Virus record (IMG/VR): IMGVR_UViG_3300008255_000317
Span: 1-32,205 of that record
Length of the DNA: 32,205 nt
Direction: 5' to 3' (one strand)
Source of the DNA: a virus
Lineage: Duplodnaviria > Caudoviricetes
Under the pieces are notes generated by a model. It was not told the DNA's origin. It ran no database searches and saw only the letters and a program-made list of their open reading frames with translations. Made by a program: the position numbers and the translations under genes. Position 1 is the first letter of the stretch, and every line of letters begins with the position of its first letter. Positions 17,951-25,677 of this stretch are shown one piece after another.

Positions 17951-18528
17951 TCGGCGTCGTCTGCGAGGTCCGAATTGTCGCCGGTGTAAGGCTCTTCGCC
18001 GCCCGACATGGCATCCTTGGCGCGGTTCTTGGCGGCGGCTTCGGCGCGACCGGCTTGCTGGGCCAGTTCTTCGTCGCTCGCTTCCTCGAAATCATCTTCA
18101 TCGCCGCTGGTGCCGTCGACGTCGTTCTCGAGATCTTCGATTTCCTCTTCGATCGTGCCGTCACCCTCGTCTTCGACTTCCGGTTTGCCCTTGCCAGGGC
18201 GGAAATCGACGATGTTCCCCTCGGCACGGTCGACCAGATCGGCGCCCGTCTTCGGCAGGCCGGACGCGTCGAGCAGGCCGTTGAGGTCGCGGAACGTCAG
18301 GATCCGGTCGTTGTCGTCCAGCTTGCGCAGGATCATGAAGATTTTCGCGGCGGCCTTGTCGACGCCGTGGATCCCTTCACAAGCCGAGAACACGTCACCG
18401 ATGTCCTTCGCGGCCTTCTGCTGCTTGGCCTTCATCGCATCGATCGTCGTGAGGCGCTTGAACGCCCCGCGGTAATCGACCGGCTTCATGTCGGCGGCTA
18501 CTTTGCCGTCCTTCGCTGCTTGCGCCAT
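17947..18528 (-). CDS. Divergent GapR/DUF2312-like protein with an acidic C-terminal tail
   Basis: DIGDVFSACEGIHGVDKAAAKIFMILRKLDDNDR resembles the GapR core as I recall it (DIKDVYAEAKGxGFDxKxxRxIIRLRKMD). The tail is D/E-rich. Confidence 0.55.
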   Translation of the reverse strand: MAQAAKDGKVAADMKPVDYRGAFKRLTTIDAMKAKQQKAAKDIGDVFSACEGIHGVDKAAAKIFMILRKLDDNDRILTFRDLNGLLDASGLPKTGADLVDRAEGNIVDFRPGKGKPEVEDEGDGTIEEEIEDLENDVDGTSGDEDDFEEASDEELAQQAGRAEAAAKNRAKDAMSGGEEPYTGDNSDLADDAE

Positions 18529-18567
18529 TGGTCTTCCTTCTCGTTTCGCCGGCGGGCCGCCGGGCAG

Positions 18568-18771
18568 TTATGCCGCCTCGTCGGCGACGAAATCATCCAT
18601 GTCATGCCCGTGCGATTCGCCCAGCAACACGATCGCCCTGCGATAGTGCTTCGGGATGCCCCGCACGCGCCAGTTGTAGATGTTCTGACGGGATGTGTGG
18701 AAGTGCTCGGCGAGCGCCGGGGCGCCGATGCGGTCAATCACTTCCATGTCGGATATGGTCTTCTTTGCCAT
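18568..18771 (-). CDS. Cro-like HTH regulator (67 aa)
   Basis: Start moved to 18771. IDRIGAPALAEHFHTSRQNIYNWRVRGIP is a Cro/YdaS-type HTH. First gene of the left arm. Confidence 0.85.
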   Translation of the reverse strand: MAKKTISDMEVIDRIGAPALAEHFHTSRQNIYNWRVRGIPKHYRRAIVLLGESHGHDMDDFVADEAA

Positions 18772-18777
18772 TTGGCG

Positions 18778-18806
18778 CTGATACGGCGCGATCTTGCGCT
18801 TGTAAA
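18778..18806 (-). promoter_or_regulatory. Leftward sigma70-type promoter, probably giving a leaderless mRNA
   Basis: TTTACA-17 nt-TATCAG-6 nt-ATG, with no SD before the Cro-like gene. Confidence 0.6.
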
Positions 18807-18819
18807 CAGGCGTTGACAA
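18800..18819. promoter_or_regulatory. Imperfect palindrome, candidate operator covering both -35 boxes
   Basis: TTGTAAAC-AGGC-GTTGACAA, 8-bp arms with one mismatch. Confidence 0.45.
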
Positions 18820-18844
18820 TTTTCCCTTGCACCCCGGCTTAAAG
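18813..18844 (+). promoter_or_regulatory. Rightward promoter
   Basis: Perfect TTGACA at 18813. GCTTAAAG at 18837-18844 is a loose alphaproteobacterial -10. Confidence 0.5.
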
Positions 18845-18891
18845 CCCGTCATACGGTGCGGCGTCGCAGCGATGCGGCAGACCACCAACCA

Positions 18892-18953
18892 GGAGCGGGC
18901 CGTCAGGTTCGCACTCGCATCCCCCGCCCCGCGCGCCCGATGCGCCCGCTCCC
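18892..18953 (+). ncRNA. Candidate structured leader/antisense RNA
   Basis: Outer stem GGAGCGGGC/GCCCGCTCC and inner stem GCATC/GATGC enclose a C-rich loop identical to the + strand upstream of the capsid gene. Confidence 0.4.
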
Positions 18954-18966
18954 ATAGCGAGGCTCC

Positions 18967-19365
18967 ATGATCCCCGATCCTCATATCCGCGAGCGCGGCG
19001 GCGCCGATCCGCTGATAGAAGGCTATTACCTGATCCGGCTGGACCGCGCGCGCCGTGTGAGTGTGCCGGTGCGGGTCTGGTATGGTCCGCCTAACGATCC
19101 CGAAACCGGCGAGCCGTTGGATCGCTCGCATCGCTGGCAGATACAGGTTGGCTTCCAGCTTCTCGAGGAAGGGCCGCTGCGCATCGGCGGCATCTGGATC
19201 GAGGGATTGACGGACGTCTGGCCGTCGTGCGCGAAGAACCCGATCGACCGCGTCGATTGGCAGTATCGACTCGAGCGCGCCGAATGGGCGACGACGAACG
19301 ACGGGGATGATCCCTATTCGCAACTTGGAGGGCGCATCGATCCGATGACGTGCTCGCTGCCATGA
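18967..19365 (+). CDS. Hypothetical protein
   Basis: 132 aa, SD GAGG. Contains DPETGEPLDRSHRW. First gene of the right arm. Confidence 0.75.
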   Translation: MIPDPHIRERGGADPLIEGYYLIRLDRARRVSVPVRVWYGPPNDPETGEPLDRSHRWQIQVGFQLLEEGPLRIGGIWIEGLTDVWPSCAKNPIDRVDWQYRLERAEWATTNDGDDPYSQLGGRIDPMTCSLP

Positions 19366-19682
19366 ACATCCTTCAGATCACGCGCGAAAGCTGGATCGAT
19401 GCGCTCGCGTCGATACCGCCCGATCCGATGATAGCCGAAGCCAGCAAGCGCGCGGCCGAATGGCGCGATCGCGAATTGGAGAAGCGGCTGCGCGAGGCTG
19501 GGCCGGGCCATGCCGTCGGCGTGCGCCTGAAACCCGGCTCGCATCTGCCGTTCCCGCGCGAATATCTGGCCCAGCCGACGGTCGAGTTGGAGTGGGAATT
19601 TCACACCGTCGAGTTGATCGACGGAGCGATCACCGTCGGCTTGGCCGGCTTCCACTATTTCACGCTGAAGGATCCGAAATGA
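19362..19682 (+). CDS. Hypothetical protein
   Basis: 106 aa with ATGA overlaps at both ends. Confidence 0.65.
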   Translation: MNILQITRESWIDALASIPPDPMIAEASKRAAEWRDRELEKRLREAGPGHAVGVRLKPGSHLPFPREYLAQPTVELEWEFHTVELIDGAITVGLAGFHYFTLKDPK

Positions 19683-20206
19683 AGGCTCTTACTGTCTGGC
19701 AACCATGGGCGTCGCTGATCGTCGAAGGAGCGAAGCCATACGAGTTTCGCGGCTGGCGCGCCCACCAATCGATGATCGGCCAGCGCATCGTTATCCACGC
19801 CGCGGCGCGGACAATCCGAGCGCGCGAGATCGGCGACTTGCTCGACGATATGAAAGCCGGCGGGGAAGCGTGGGCGAGCCGCTGTCTGCATCAAGCCCAA
19901 GCTGAAACTGTGCTCGAGAGCGCGTTGCGCATGACGTTGACGGGGCGGCCCTCGCTTCCTCTTCTGCCGTCCGCAGATGATCTCCCATATTCTGCCGGTC
20001 TCGGCACCGCCGTCATCGGCGAGCCTCGCAATGGCTTCGACATCGCCGAAGAATTCGGCCTTCCTCGCGTCAACGACAGCGATCGCGACGAGCACGCGAA
20101 TTGGGGCTGGCCCATGCTCGACATCGAGAAGTGGGACGAGCCGATTCCCATGAAGGGCGCGCAAGGCTTCTGGAATTGGCCCGAGCCGGAAAGCGTCGGC
20201 CTGTGA
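19679..20206 (+). CDS. ASCH domain protein
   Basis: MKALTVWQPWASLIVEGAKPYEFR (GxKxxExR) and C-terminal PIPMKGAQGFW. Confidence 0.9.
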   Translation: MKALTVWQPWASLIVEGAKPYEFRGWRAHQSMIGQRIVIHAAARTIRAREIGDLLDDMKAGGEAWASRCLHQAQAETVLESALRMTLTGRPSLPLLPSADDLPYSAGLGTAVIGEPRNGFDIAEEFGLPRVNDSDRDEHANWGWPMLDIEKWDEPIPMKGAQGFWNWPEPESVGL

Positions 20207-20208
20207 GC

Positions 20209-20949
20209 ATGATCCCCGACGAACCGAACCCCCGCGCTGTGGTAGGCGGCAACCAGCCACCCAGCCCAATCGAGCACCTTGTCGACCTTCAACGCGAGGC
20301 ACAGACGACAGAGAAGCGCGAGCGGCTGGAATACATCGTCGGCCGCGCTGATGCGAAAAAGATCTCCGATCGCGAGACGGCTGGACAGGCTGGCGACATC
20401 ATCAAGGTTGCGGGCGAATTCGAGAAGATCGTCGAGAACGATCGGATCGCGCTGACGAAGCCCTACCGGGACGCTGCCGACGCCGCGAAGGGCGAATGCG
20501 ATCAGTTTCTCGAGCCGTTGCGCGATGCTATCGAGCGCCTTCGCGCGCGGCTGAAGGAATGGTCCGATGCCGAAGATCAGCGCATCGCCGAACAGCAGGC
20601 CGAACAGGACAGGTTCTTCGCGGATCCGGTTGCGGACCCGCCTGCGCAACCAGACGCGAAAAACGAGCCGGATTGTCAACCAGCCGCGAAGCCCGCGCCC
20701 CCTCCACCCCCGCCGTCGACACTGAAGCCCGCAAAGCGCCGCAAGATCGTCGGCGACCTCGGCGCGCGCGTGAGCCAGATCGAGCGCAAGCACTACCGCG
20801 TTGTCGACGTGCGCGCGGTGCCCGATTTCATCCTCAATTCGTCCACCGTCCACGAAGCGATCGTGCAGGTGGCGAAGTCGATGGCCAAGCACATGCCGGA
20901 GATCGCCGGCATCGAAGTCACCACCGAAACCGACAACCAGGTCCGATAG
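20209..20949 (+). CDS. Hypothetical coiled-coil phage protein
   Basis: 246 aa from ATG 20209. GGNQPP N-terminus, coiled coil and Pro-rich linker. Precedes recT. Confidence 0.75.
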   Translation: MIPDEPNPRAVVGGNQPPSPIEHLVDLQREAQTTEKRERLEYIVGRADAKKISDRETAGQAGDIIKVAGEFEKIVENDRIALTKPYRDAADAAKGECDQFLEPLRDAIERLRARLKEWSDAEDQRIAEQQAEQDRFFADPVADPPAQPDAKNEPDCQPAAKPAPPPPPPSTLKPAKRRKIVGDLGARVSQIERKHYRVVDVRAVPDFILNSSTVHEAIVQVAKSMAKHMPEIAGIEVTTETDNQVR

Positions 20950-20957
20950 GAGCCGGA

Positions 20958-22085
20958 ATGAGCAATCTGCAAACCACACGACAGGCCAATCTGAAGGAAG
21001 TGCTGAAGATGGTGCTCGGGCGCGAGCGCGACATCGTCAACATGCTCCCGCCCGATCTCCCGTTCGACCGCTTCCGTGCCAACATCACGAATGCGCTGAC
21101 ACAGAACGCGCAGCTACTCGACGCGGACGTCCGGTCTATTTTCCAAGCGTGCATGAAGGCCGCCTATGATGGTTTGCGGATCGATGGGCGCGAGGCCGCG
21201 ATCGTGACGCACGAAACCACCTTCCGCCGCAACACACAGAACGAGCGCAAGGTTCTCTTGGCGCAATACTATCCGATGGCATTCGGCCTGATCCAACAGG
21301 TGCTCCGCGGCGGCGAAGTCATATCGATGTTCGCCGACGTCATTCGCGAGGGCGATGAATACGAGGTTCTGCGCGGGACCAACGCGGGGATCTATCACAA
21401 GCCCGACGTGGAGGGGAAAGGCGCGATCATCGCCGCCTATTCGGTTGCCACGCTGAAGAGCGGCGCGAAGACGTTCGAATTCCTCACCGGGGCCGATCTC
21501 GCGTCGATCAAGGATGCCGCGCAAACCGACAAGGTCTGGAAGCGCTGGCCGGGCGAGATGTCGAAGAAGTCGGCAATCCGCCGCCACCGTAAAACTCTGC
21601 CGCTGGGCGATCGCGACATCGTGATCCGCGACTCCGAAGCCGAAGATCTCTTCCCCGAAATGAACCCGCAGCACGAAAGCCTGCCCGCGCCGGCGCAAAA
21701 CCAGCCGCGGCCGACACGACAGGCCATCGCCGACCAGCAAGGCACCGGCCAAGGCGTCGACATGGACCTTGGCGACGATCCCGGCGAAGTCATCGATCAG
21801 GAAGACAAGGTCGAGGCGAAGAAGGCCGCGCCGAAAGCTAAGGCGGCGAAAAGCGCTCCAGCCGCCCAGGACGACGTCGATTTGCCGGAAGACGAAGAAG
21901 CCTGGCGCTTCTGGTCGACGTCCACCGAAGACGAGATTGCCGCGGCGCCTGACGCGGACACGGTGAATGCGATCGCCAAGCGCGAGGAAGGCAGGCTGAA
22001 GGCCGCCACCAAGGAACGGAGCGACTATCTGCGTGGGCTGATTTCGGATCGGCTTGCTGACTTTGCGACGGGGGGAGAGGGCTGA
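20958..22085 (+). CDS. recT: RecT-family single-strand annealing protein
   Basis: SD AGGAG. Motifs SIFQACMKAAYDGLRIDGREAAIV, IIAAYSVA and WPGEMSKKSAIRR...LP. Confidence 0.9.
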   Translation: MSNLQTTRQANLKEVLKMVLGRERDIVNMLPPDLPFDRFRANITNALTQNAQLLDADVRSIFQACMKAAYDGLRIDGREAAIVTHETTFRRNTQNERKVLLAQYYPMAFGLIQQVLRGGEVISMFADVIREGDEYEVLRGTNAGIYHKPDVEGKGAIIAAYSVATLKSGAKTFEFLTGADLASIKDAAQTDKVWKRWPGEMSKKSAIRRHRKTLPLGDRDIVIRDSEAEDLFPEMNPQHESLPAPAQNQPRPTRQAIADQQGTGQGVDMDLGDDPGEVIDQEDKVEAKKAAPKAKAAKSAPAAQDDVDLPEDEEAWRFWSTSTEDEIAAAPDADTVNAIAKREEGRLKAATKERSDYLRGLISDRLADFATGGEG

Positions 22086-22345
22086 TGTCGAATTATCGAG
22101 GCGATCTGGTCGACCGCGTCTCACAGGCGTTCGATGGCGACCGCGTTCTTGCTGAAGCTGCCGTCGACGAGGTTCTGCGCCAGATCCGCGCGCTTACGAC
22201 GATCGACGACATGCTGATCCTGAAGGGCTTCGGCACCTTCAGCATGCGCCACCGGCGCGAGAGCACCACCCGCAATCCCAGGACGGGCGCGCCGATGACG
22301 GTGCCCGCGTCGACGCGGCTGCATTTCAAGGCGTCGAAGGTCTGA
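22085..22345 (+). CDS. HU/IHF family DNA-binding protein
   Basis: LKGFGTF...RNPRTGAPMTVPA...FKAS signature. Confidence 0.93.
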   Translation: MSNYRGDLVDRVSQAFDGDRVLAEAAVDEVLRQIRALTTIDDMLILKGFGTFSMRHRRESTTRNPRTGAPMTVPASTRLHFKASKV

Positions 22346-23565
22346 TGGCCCGCCCCCCTAAGCTGCCTATCCCCGAGCGGGCGCTGAACGACGTCGGCGC
22401 CATTCTCGGCCGCACGGGCGCCGGTAAGTCCGGCACCGGCCGGATCCTGCTCGAGCACAAACTACGCGCGGGCCACCGGGCCGGGGTCATCGATCCCAAA
22501 GGCGATTGGTGGGGCGCGCGGCTGGCGAAGAGCGGCAAGTCCCCCTCTCCCTTCAAAGTCATCGTCTTCGGCGGCACGCACGCCGACGTGCCGATCACGG
22601 ACGACAACGGGCACGTTCTCGGTCAAGTCCTGGCCGGGTCGAGCGAGAGTTTCATCATCGACCTGTCCGGCTTCAGCATTGCGGGCATGCGGCGGTTCAT
22701 GATGGCGTTCGCGGAATCGTTCTTCGAACATAACCTCGCTCCGATCACGCTGTTCGTCGACGAAGCCGACCAACTTGCGCCCCAGCGCGTCGGCGCCGAC
22801 ATGGCCAACCTCCTTCACCGCATGGAGCGGCTGGCGCGACAGGGCAGGAGCAAGGGCATCTTCCTGTGGATGCTGACGCAACGCCCGGCTGTTCTGAACA
22901 AGAACCTGCTCTCCCAGGCTGAAACGCTCGTCGCGATGAAGGTGACGACGGTTCACGATCGCAAAGCCCTAAGCGAGTGGATGCAGGCGCACAGTCCGGA
23001 AGACGCTGCCATCGTCGAAAAGGATCTCGCGAAGCTGTCCGTCGGGGAAGCCTTCGTGTGGGTGCCAAGCGCCGATTTCCTCCAGCGTGTGCAATTCCCG
23101 CTCTTCCAGACCTATGATTCCGGCCGCACGCCCCAGCATGGCGAGACCGTCGAGGACGTGAAGCTGAAGCCGCTCGACGTTGGCGAATTCGGCAAGCTGC
23201 TCGCCCAGGAAGACGCGGCAACCGACGAACTGGCCGAGACGAAGGCCGCGCTGAAGACCGCGCAGACCGCGCTCGCGGACGAGCGCGCGCGCCACCGCGA
23301 GACGCGTGCCGAACTGGCGAGCGTCAACATGCGCGAGGATCGGTTGCTGACGGTTTTCGCGGCGCTCCAGATGCGGATCGGGGCGGCCATCGGCTCCCCG
23401 GCGATCGAGCCGCTGGGCCTCGACAAGCCTTACGAGAAATTCGTCATGATCGAGGATAGCGACGGCGTCGTCCGCGCGATTCCTCGCGAGGGCGACAATC
23501 CCAACCACAGCCGGAAGGCCAAGGCCCGCGTGAAGCGCGCCAACCCGAAGAAGGACGCGAAATGA
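22345..23565 (+). CDS. HerA/FtsK-superfamily (DUF87-like) ATPase
   Basis: Walker A GRTGAGKS, IDPKGDW, Walker B LFVDEAD, ARQGRSKG and LTQRP, followed by a C-terminal coiled coil. Confidence 0.88.
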   Translation: MARPPKLPIPERALNDVGAILGRTGAGKSGTGRILLEHKLRAGHRAGVIDPKGDWWGARLAKSGKSPSPFKVIVFGGTHADVPITDDNGHVLGQVLAGSSESFIIDLSGFSIAGMRRFMMAFAESFFEHNLAPITLFVDEADQLAPQRVGADMANLLHRMERLARQGRSKGIFLWMLTQRPAVLNKNLLSQAETLVAMKVTTVHDRKALSEWMQAHSPEDAAIVEKDLAKLSVGEAFVWVPSADFLQRVQFPLFQTYDSGRTPQHGETVEDVKLKPLDVGEFGKLLAQEDAATDELAETKAALKTAQTALADERARHRETRAELASVNMREDRLLTVFAALQMRIGAAIGSPAIEPLGLDKPYEKFVMIEDSDGVVRAIPREGDNPNHSRKAKARVKRANPKKDAK

Positions 23566-23783
23566 CAGCGATAGGATCACCCTGCCCGATCAAGGGCTGC
23601 ACGCGCCACGCGAAGCCGAACCAGCTTATGTGCTGGCCTCACTGGCGCCGGGTGCCGAAGGCATTGAACCATGCCGTCTTCGACACCTATCGCAATATCC
23701 GCAACGATCCGGAGGCGTATCGCGAGGCGCGCGCCGCGGCGATCGATGCTGTCGAAACCAAGGAGGCGGACGAAGCGAAATGA
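23562..23783 (+). CDS. Small Zn-finger protein
   Basis: CPIKGC...MCWPHW, with ATGA overlaps. Confidence 0.75.
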   Translation: MTAIGSPCPIKGCTRHAKPNQLMCWPHWRRVPKALNHAVFDTYRNIRNDPEAYREARAAAIDAVETKEADEAK

Positions 23784-23956
23784 AGGGTCGAGATCTATTG
23801 TGCTTCGTCGTGCTCGTCGTGCTGTTCGGCGGTCTGTTCATGTGGCTCGAGACAAGGCCCGGCTGGCCGATCCGGCTCACCGTCGGCGACATCATCCTGC
23901 TCGCCGGGATATTCACCATCATCGCCGTCGTGCGCGATGCAGCGGAGAGCGATTGA
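23780..23956 (+). CDS. Small membrane protein with two predicted TM helices
   Basis: 58 aa with two hydrophobic stretches, coupled at both ends. Confidence 0.65.
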   Translation: MKGRDLLCFVVLVVLFGGLFMWLETRPGWPIRLTVGDIILLAGIFTIIAVVRDAAESD

Positions 23957-24762
23957 TGGCCGATAATTCGAAGATCGAGTGGACAGACCACACCTTCAAC
24001 CCGTGGATCGGCTGTTCGAAGATCAGCCTGGCATGCGATAATTGCTACGCCGAAGAACTCATGGACACGCGCTATGGCCGTGCGAAATGGGGACCGGGCC
24101 AGCCGCGCGTTCGAACATCGGAATCGAACTGGCGAAAGCCGTTGACGTGGGCGCGACAGGCAAATGATTTCGGCGCGATCCACGAACGTCGACAGCGCGT
24201 CTTCTGCGCCAGCCTGGCCGACGTCTTCGACAACGAAGTAGACCCGGCCTGGCGGCTGGACCTCTTCAAGTTGATCGATCGCACGGCGGAACTCGATTGG
24301 CTGGTGCTTACCAAGCGCATCGGCAACGCTCGCAAGATGCTCGAGGACATCGGTATTCCGGTCGACCAGATCGCGGATCCGCATGGAATCCTACGCCATG
24401 TCTGGTTCGGGGCGACGATCGCCAACCGCGAAGAGATGCTGCGTGACGGGCCGAAATTGAAGGCGTTGCCCGCGGCGGTTCGTTTTTGGAGCGTTGAACC
24501 GATGCTAGGCGATCTCGGAGAGATACCGCCCGAACTCATGCCCGATTGGATTATTGCCGGTGGCGAAAGCGGGGCGAAGGCGCGCGCCGCTGATCCTCGC
24601 TGGTTCTACAGCCTGCGCGATCAATGCGAGGCGGCTGGAGTGCCGTTCCTCTTCAAGCAATGGGGCACTTTCGGCGAAGACGGACAGCGTGTCGGCAAGG
24701 CGAAGGCTGGCCGGCTGCTCGCCGGGCGGACACACGACAGCTTTCCGGAAGGTCCGGTCTGA
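23956..24762 (+). CDS. Phage Gp37/Gp68 (DUF5131) protein
   Basis: SKIEWTDHTFNPWIGCSKISLACDNCYA, VFCASLADVF, LTKR, SVEPMLG, WIIAGGESG and FLFKQWG. Confidence 0.94.
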   Translation: MADNSKIEWTDHTFNPWIGCSKISLACDNCYAEELMDTRYGRAKWGPGQPRVRTSESNWRKPLTWARQANDFGAIHERRQRVFCASLADVFDNEVDPAWRLDLFKLIDRTAELDWLVLTKRIGNARKMLEDIGIPVDQIADPHGILRHVWFGATIANREEMLRDGPKLKALPAAVRFWSVEPMLGDLGEIPPELMPDWIIAGGESGAKARAADPRWFYSLRDQCEAAGVPFLFKQWGTFGEDGQRVGKAKAGRLLAGRTHDSFPEGPV

Positions 24763-24781
24763 TGCGGTTCCGACGCCTCAC

Positions 24782-24937
24782 ATGCCCGCTCGTCTGCGCC
24801 AGCTTTTCAAGCGCAAGAAAGGCGCGGGCACCTTCTTCGCATGGTGGCCTCGTCGCCTCGACAATGGAACATGGGTCTGGCTGGAGACAGTCAATCGATA
24901 CAGAACGCGCCGCTATTACGGCGGCCGCAAGCGCTAG
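24782..24937 (+). CDS. Small basic Trp-rich hypothetical protein
   Basis: 51 aa containing FAWWPRRLDNGTWVWLETV. Start uncertain. Confidence 0.5.
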   Translation: MPARLRQLFKRKKGAGTFFAWWPRRLDNGTWVWLETVNRYRTRRYYGGRKR

Positions 24938-24946
24938 GAGCGAAAC

Positions 24947-25102
24947 ATGCTTACCCTCAAAAGGCTCGGCTGGACCGGGCTTCTGATCGTCGCCCAGCCG
25001 ATCAAGATCATCGTTACGATCATCATTCTCGTCGGCGTCATGCTCTCCGACATCGGGCCGGAATTCATGCGTGAACTCCGGAAGATCTGGAGCGAGCGAT
25101 GA
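24947..25102 (+). CDS. Small membrane protein
   Basis: Not in the ORF track. SD AGGAG. MLTLKRLGWTGLLIVAQPIKIIVTIIILVGVMLSDIGPEFMRELRKIWSER, with ATGA overlap with the next gene. Confidence 0.7.
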   Translation: MLTLKRLGWTGLLIVAQPIKIIVTIIILVGVMLSDIGPEFMRELRKIWSER

Positions 25103-25347
25103 TCCGGATCGAAATCACCTGCGATCATGCGGAAGAGCCGCGCGCTCGAGACGCGAAGGCGCCGTGCGCGTCGACGCGTGGGCGTAGTTTGGCGATCGAC
25201 AGCGTCGGTGTGATGTCGGACGCCAGCCGCGCCGTCGAACGCGTCGTGCGCGAACAAGGCTGGCACCGATGGATCATTCCTTCGCTCGGCCGTCGCAAGG
25301 GCTTCATCTGCGCGAACTGCTACCGGCGCGCGAAAGGCGAAATATGA
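25099..25347 (+). CDS. Hypothetical Cys-containing protein
   Basis: 82 aa with ITCD...C...GWH...ICANC. Coupled at both ends. Confidence 0.65.
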   Translation: MIRIEITCDHAEEPRARDAKAPCASTRGRSLAIDSVGVMSDASRAVERVVREQGWHRWIIPSLGRRKGFICANCYRRAKGEI

Positions 25348-25532
25348 CCGACCTCTACATCTCCCCGGTCCCCGTCACCACGATCCGGCGCTACAGCTAC
25401 CAGATCGGCGACTATGTCGACGTCCGCGTCCACCAATATCCGCATGGTGATGGCGTCCAGCATTGCGATCCGAAGTCCTGCCGCGAATGCTACCGCGAGA
25501 GGCATTGGAAGGCGGGGCAGACCCATGGCTAA
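25344..25532 (+). CDS. Hypothetical protein
   Basis: 62 aa with HCDPKSCREC and an ATGA overlap. Confidence 0.55.
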   Translation: MTDLYISPVPVTTIRRYSYQIGDYVDVRVHQYPHGDGVQHCDPKSCRECYRERHWKAGQTHG

Positions 25533-25677
25533 GGCGCCCGTCGACGATGCCGCGTGCAAGCGTTGCGATGATAGCGGCCTTCTACCGCGGGGCGGCGCCG
25601 AATCGGATGTCTGCACCTGCCCGGCAGGCGGTCGCGTGCTGGATCAGCTTGCCGATCGTGAGGCTCGAGCCGCATGA
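25525..25677 (+). CDS. Small Zn-binding protein
   Basis: 50 aa with CKRCDDSG...CTCPAG, coupled to the primase gene. Confidence 0.6.
   Translation: MAKAPVDDAACKRCDDSGLLPRGGAESDVCTCPAGGRVLDQLADREARAA

Noticed and set aside
18839-18853. CtrA box in the control region
   Set aside because: Only one TTAA half-site is present. The second position reads CATA.
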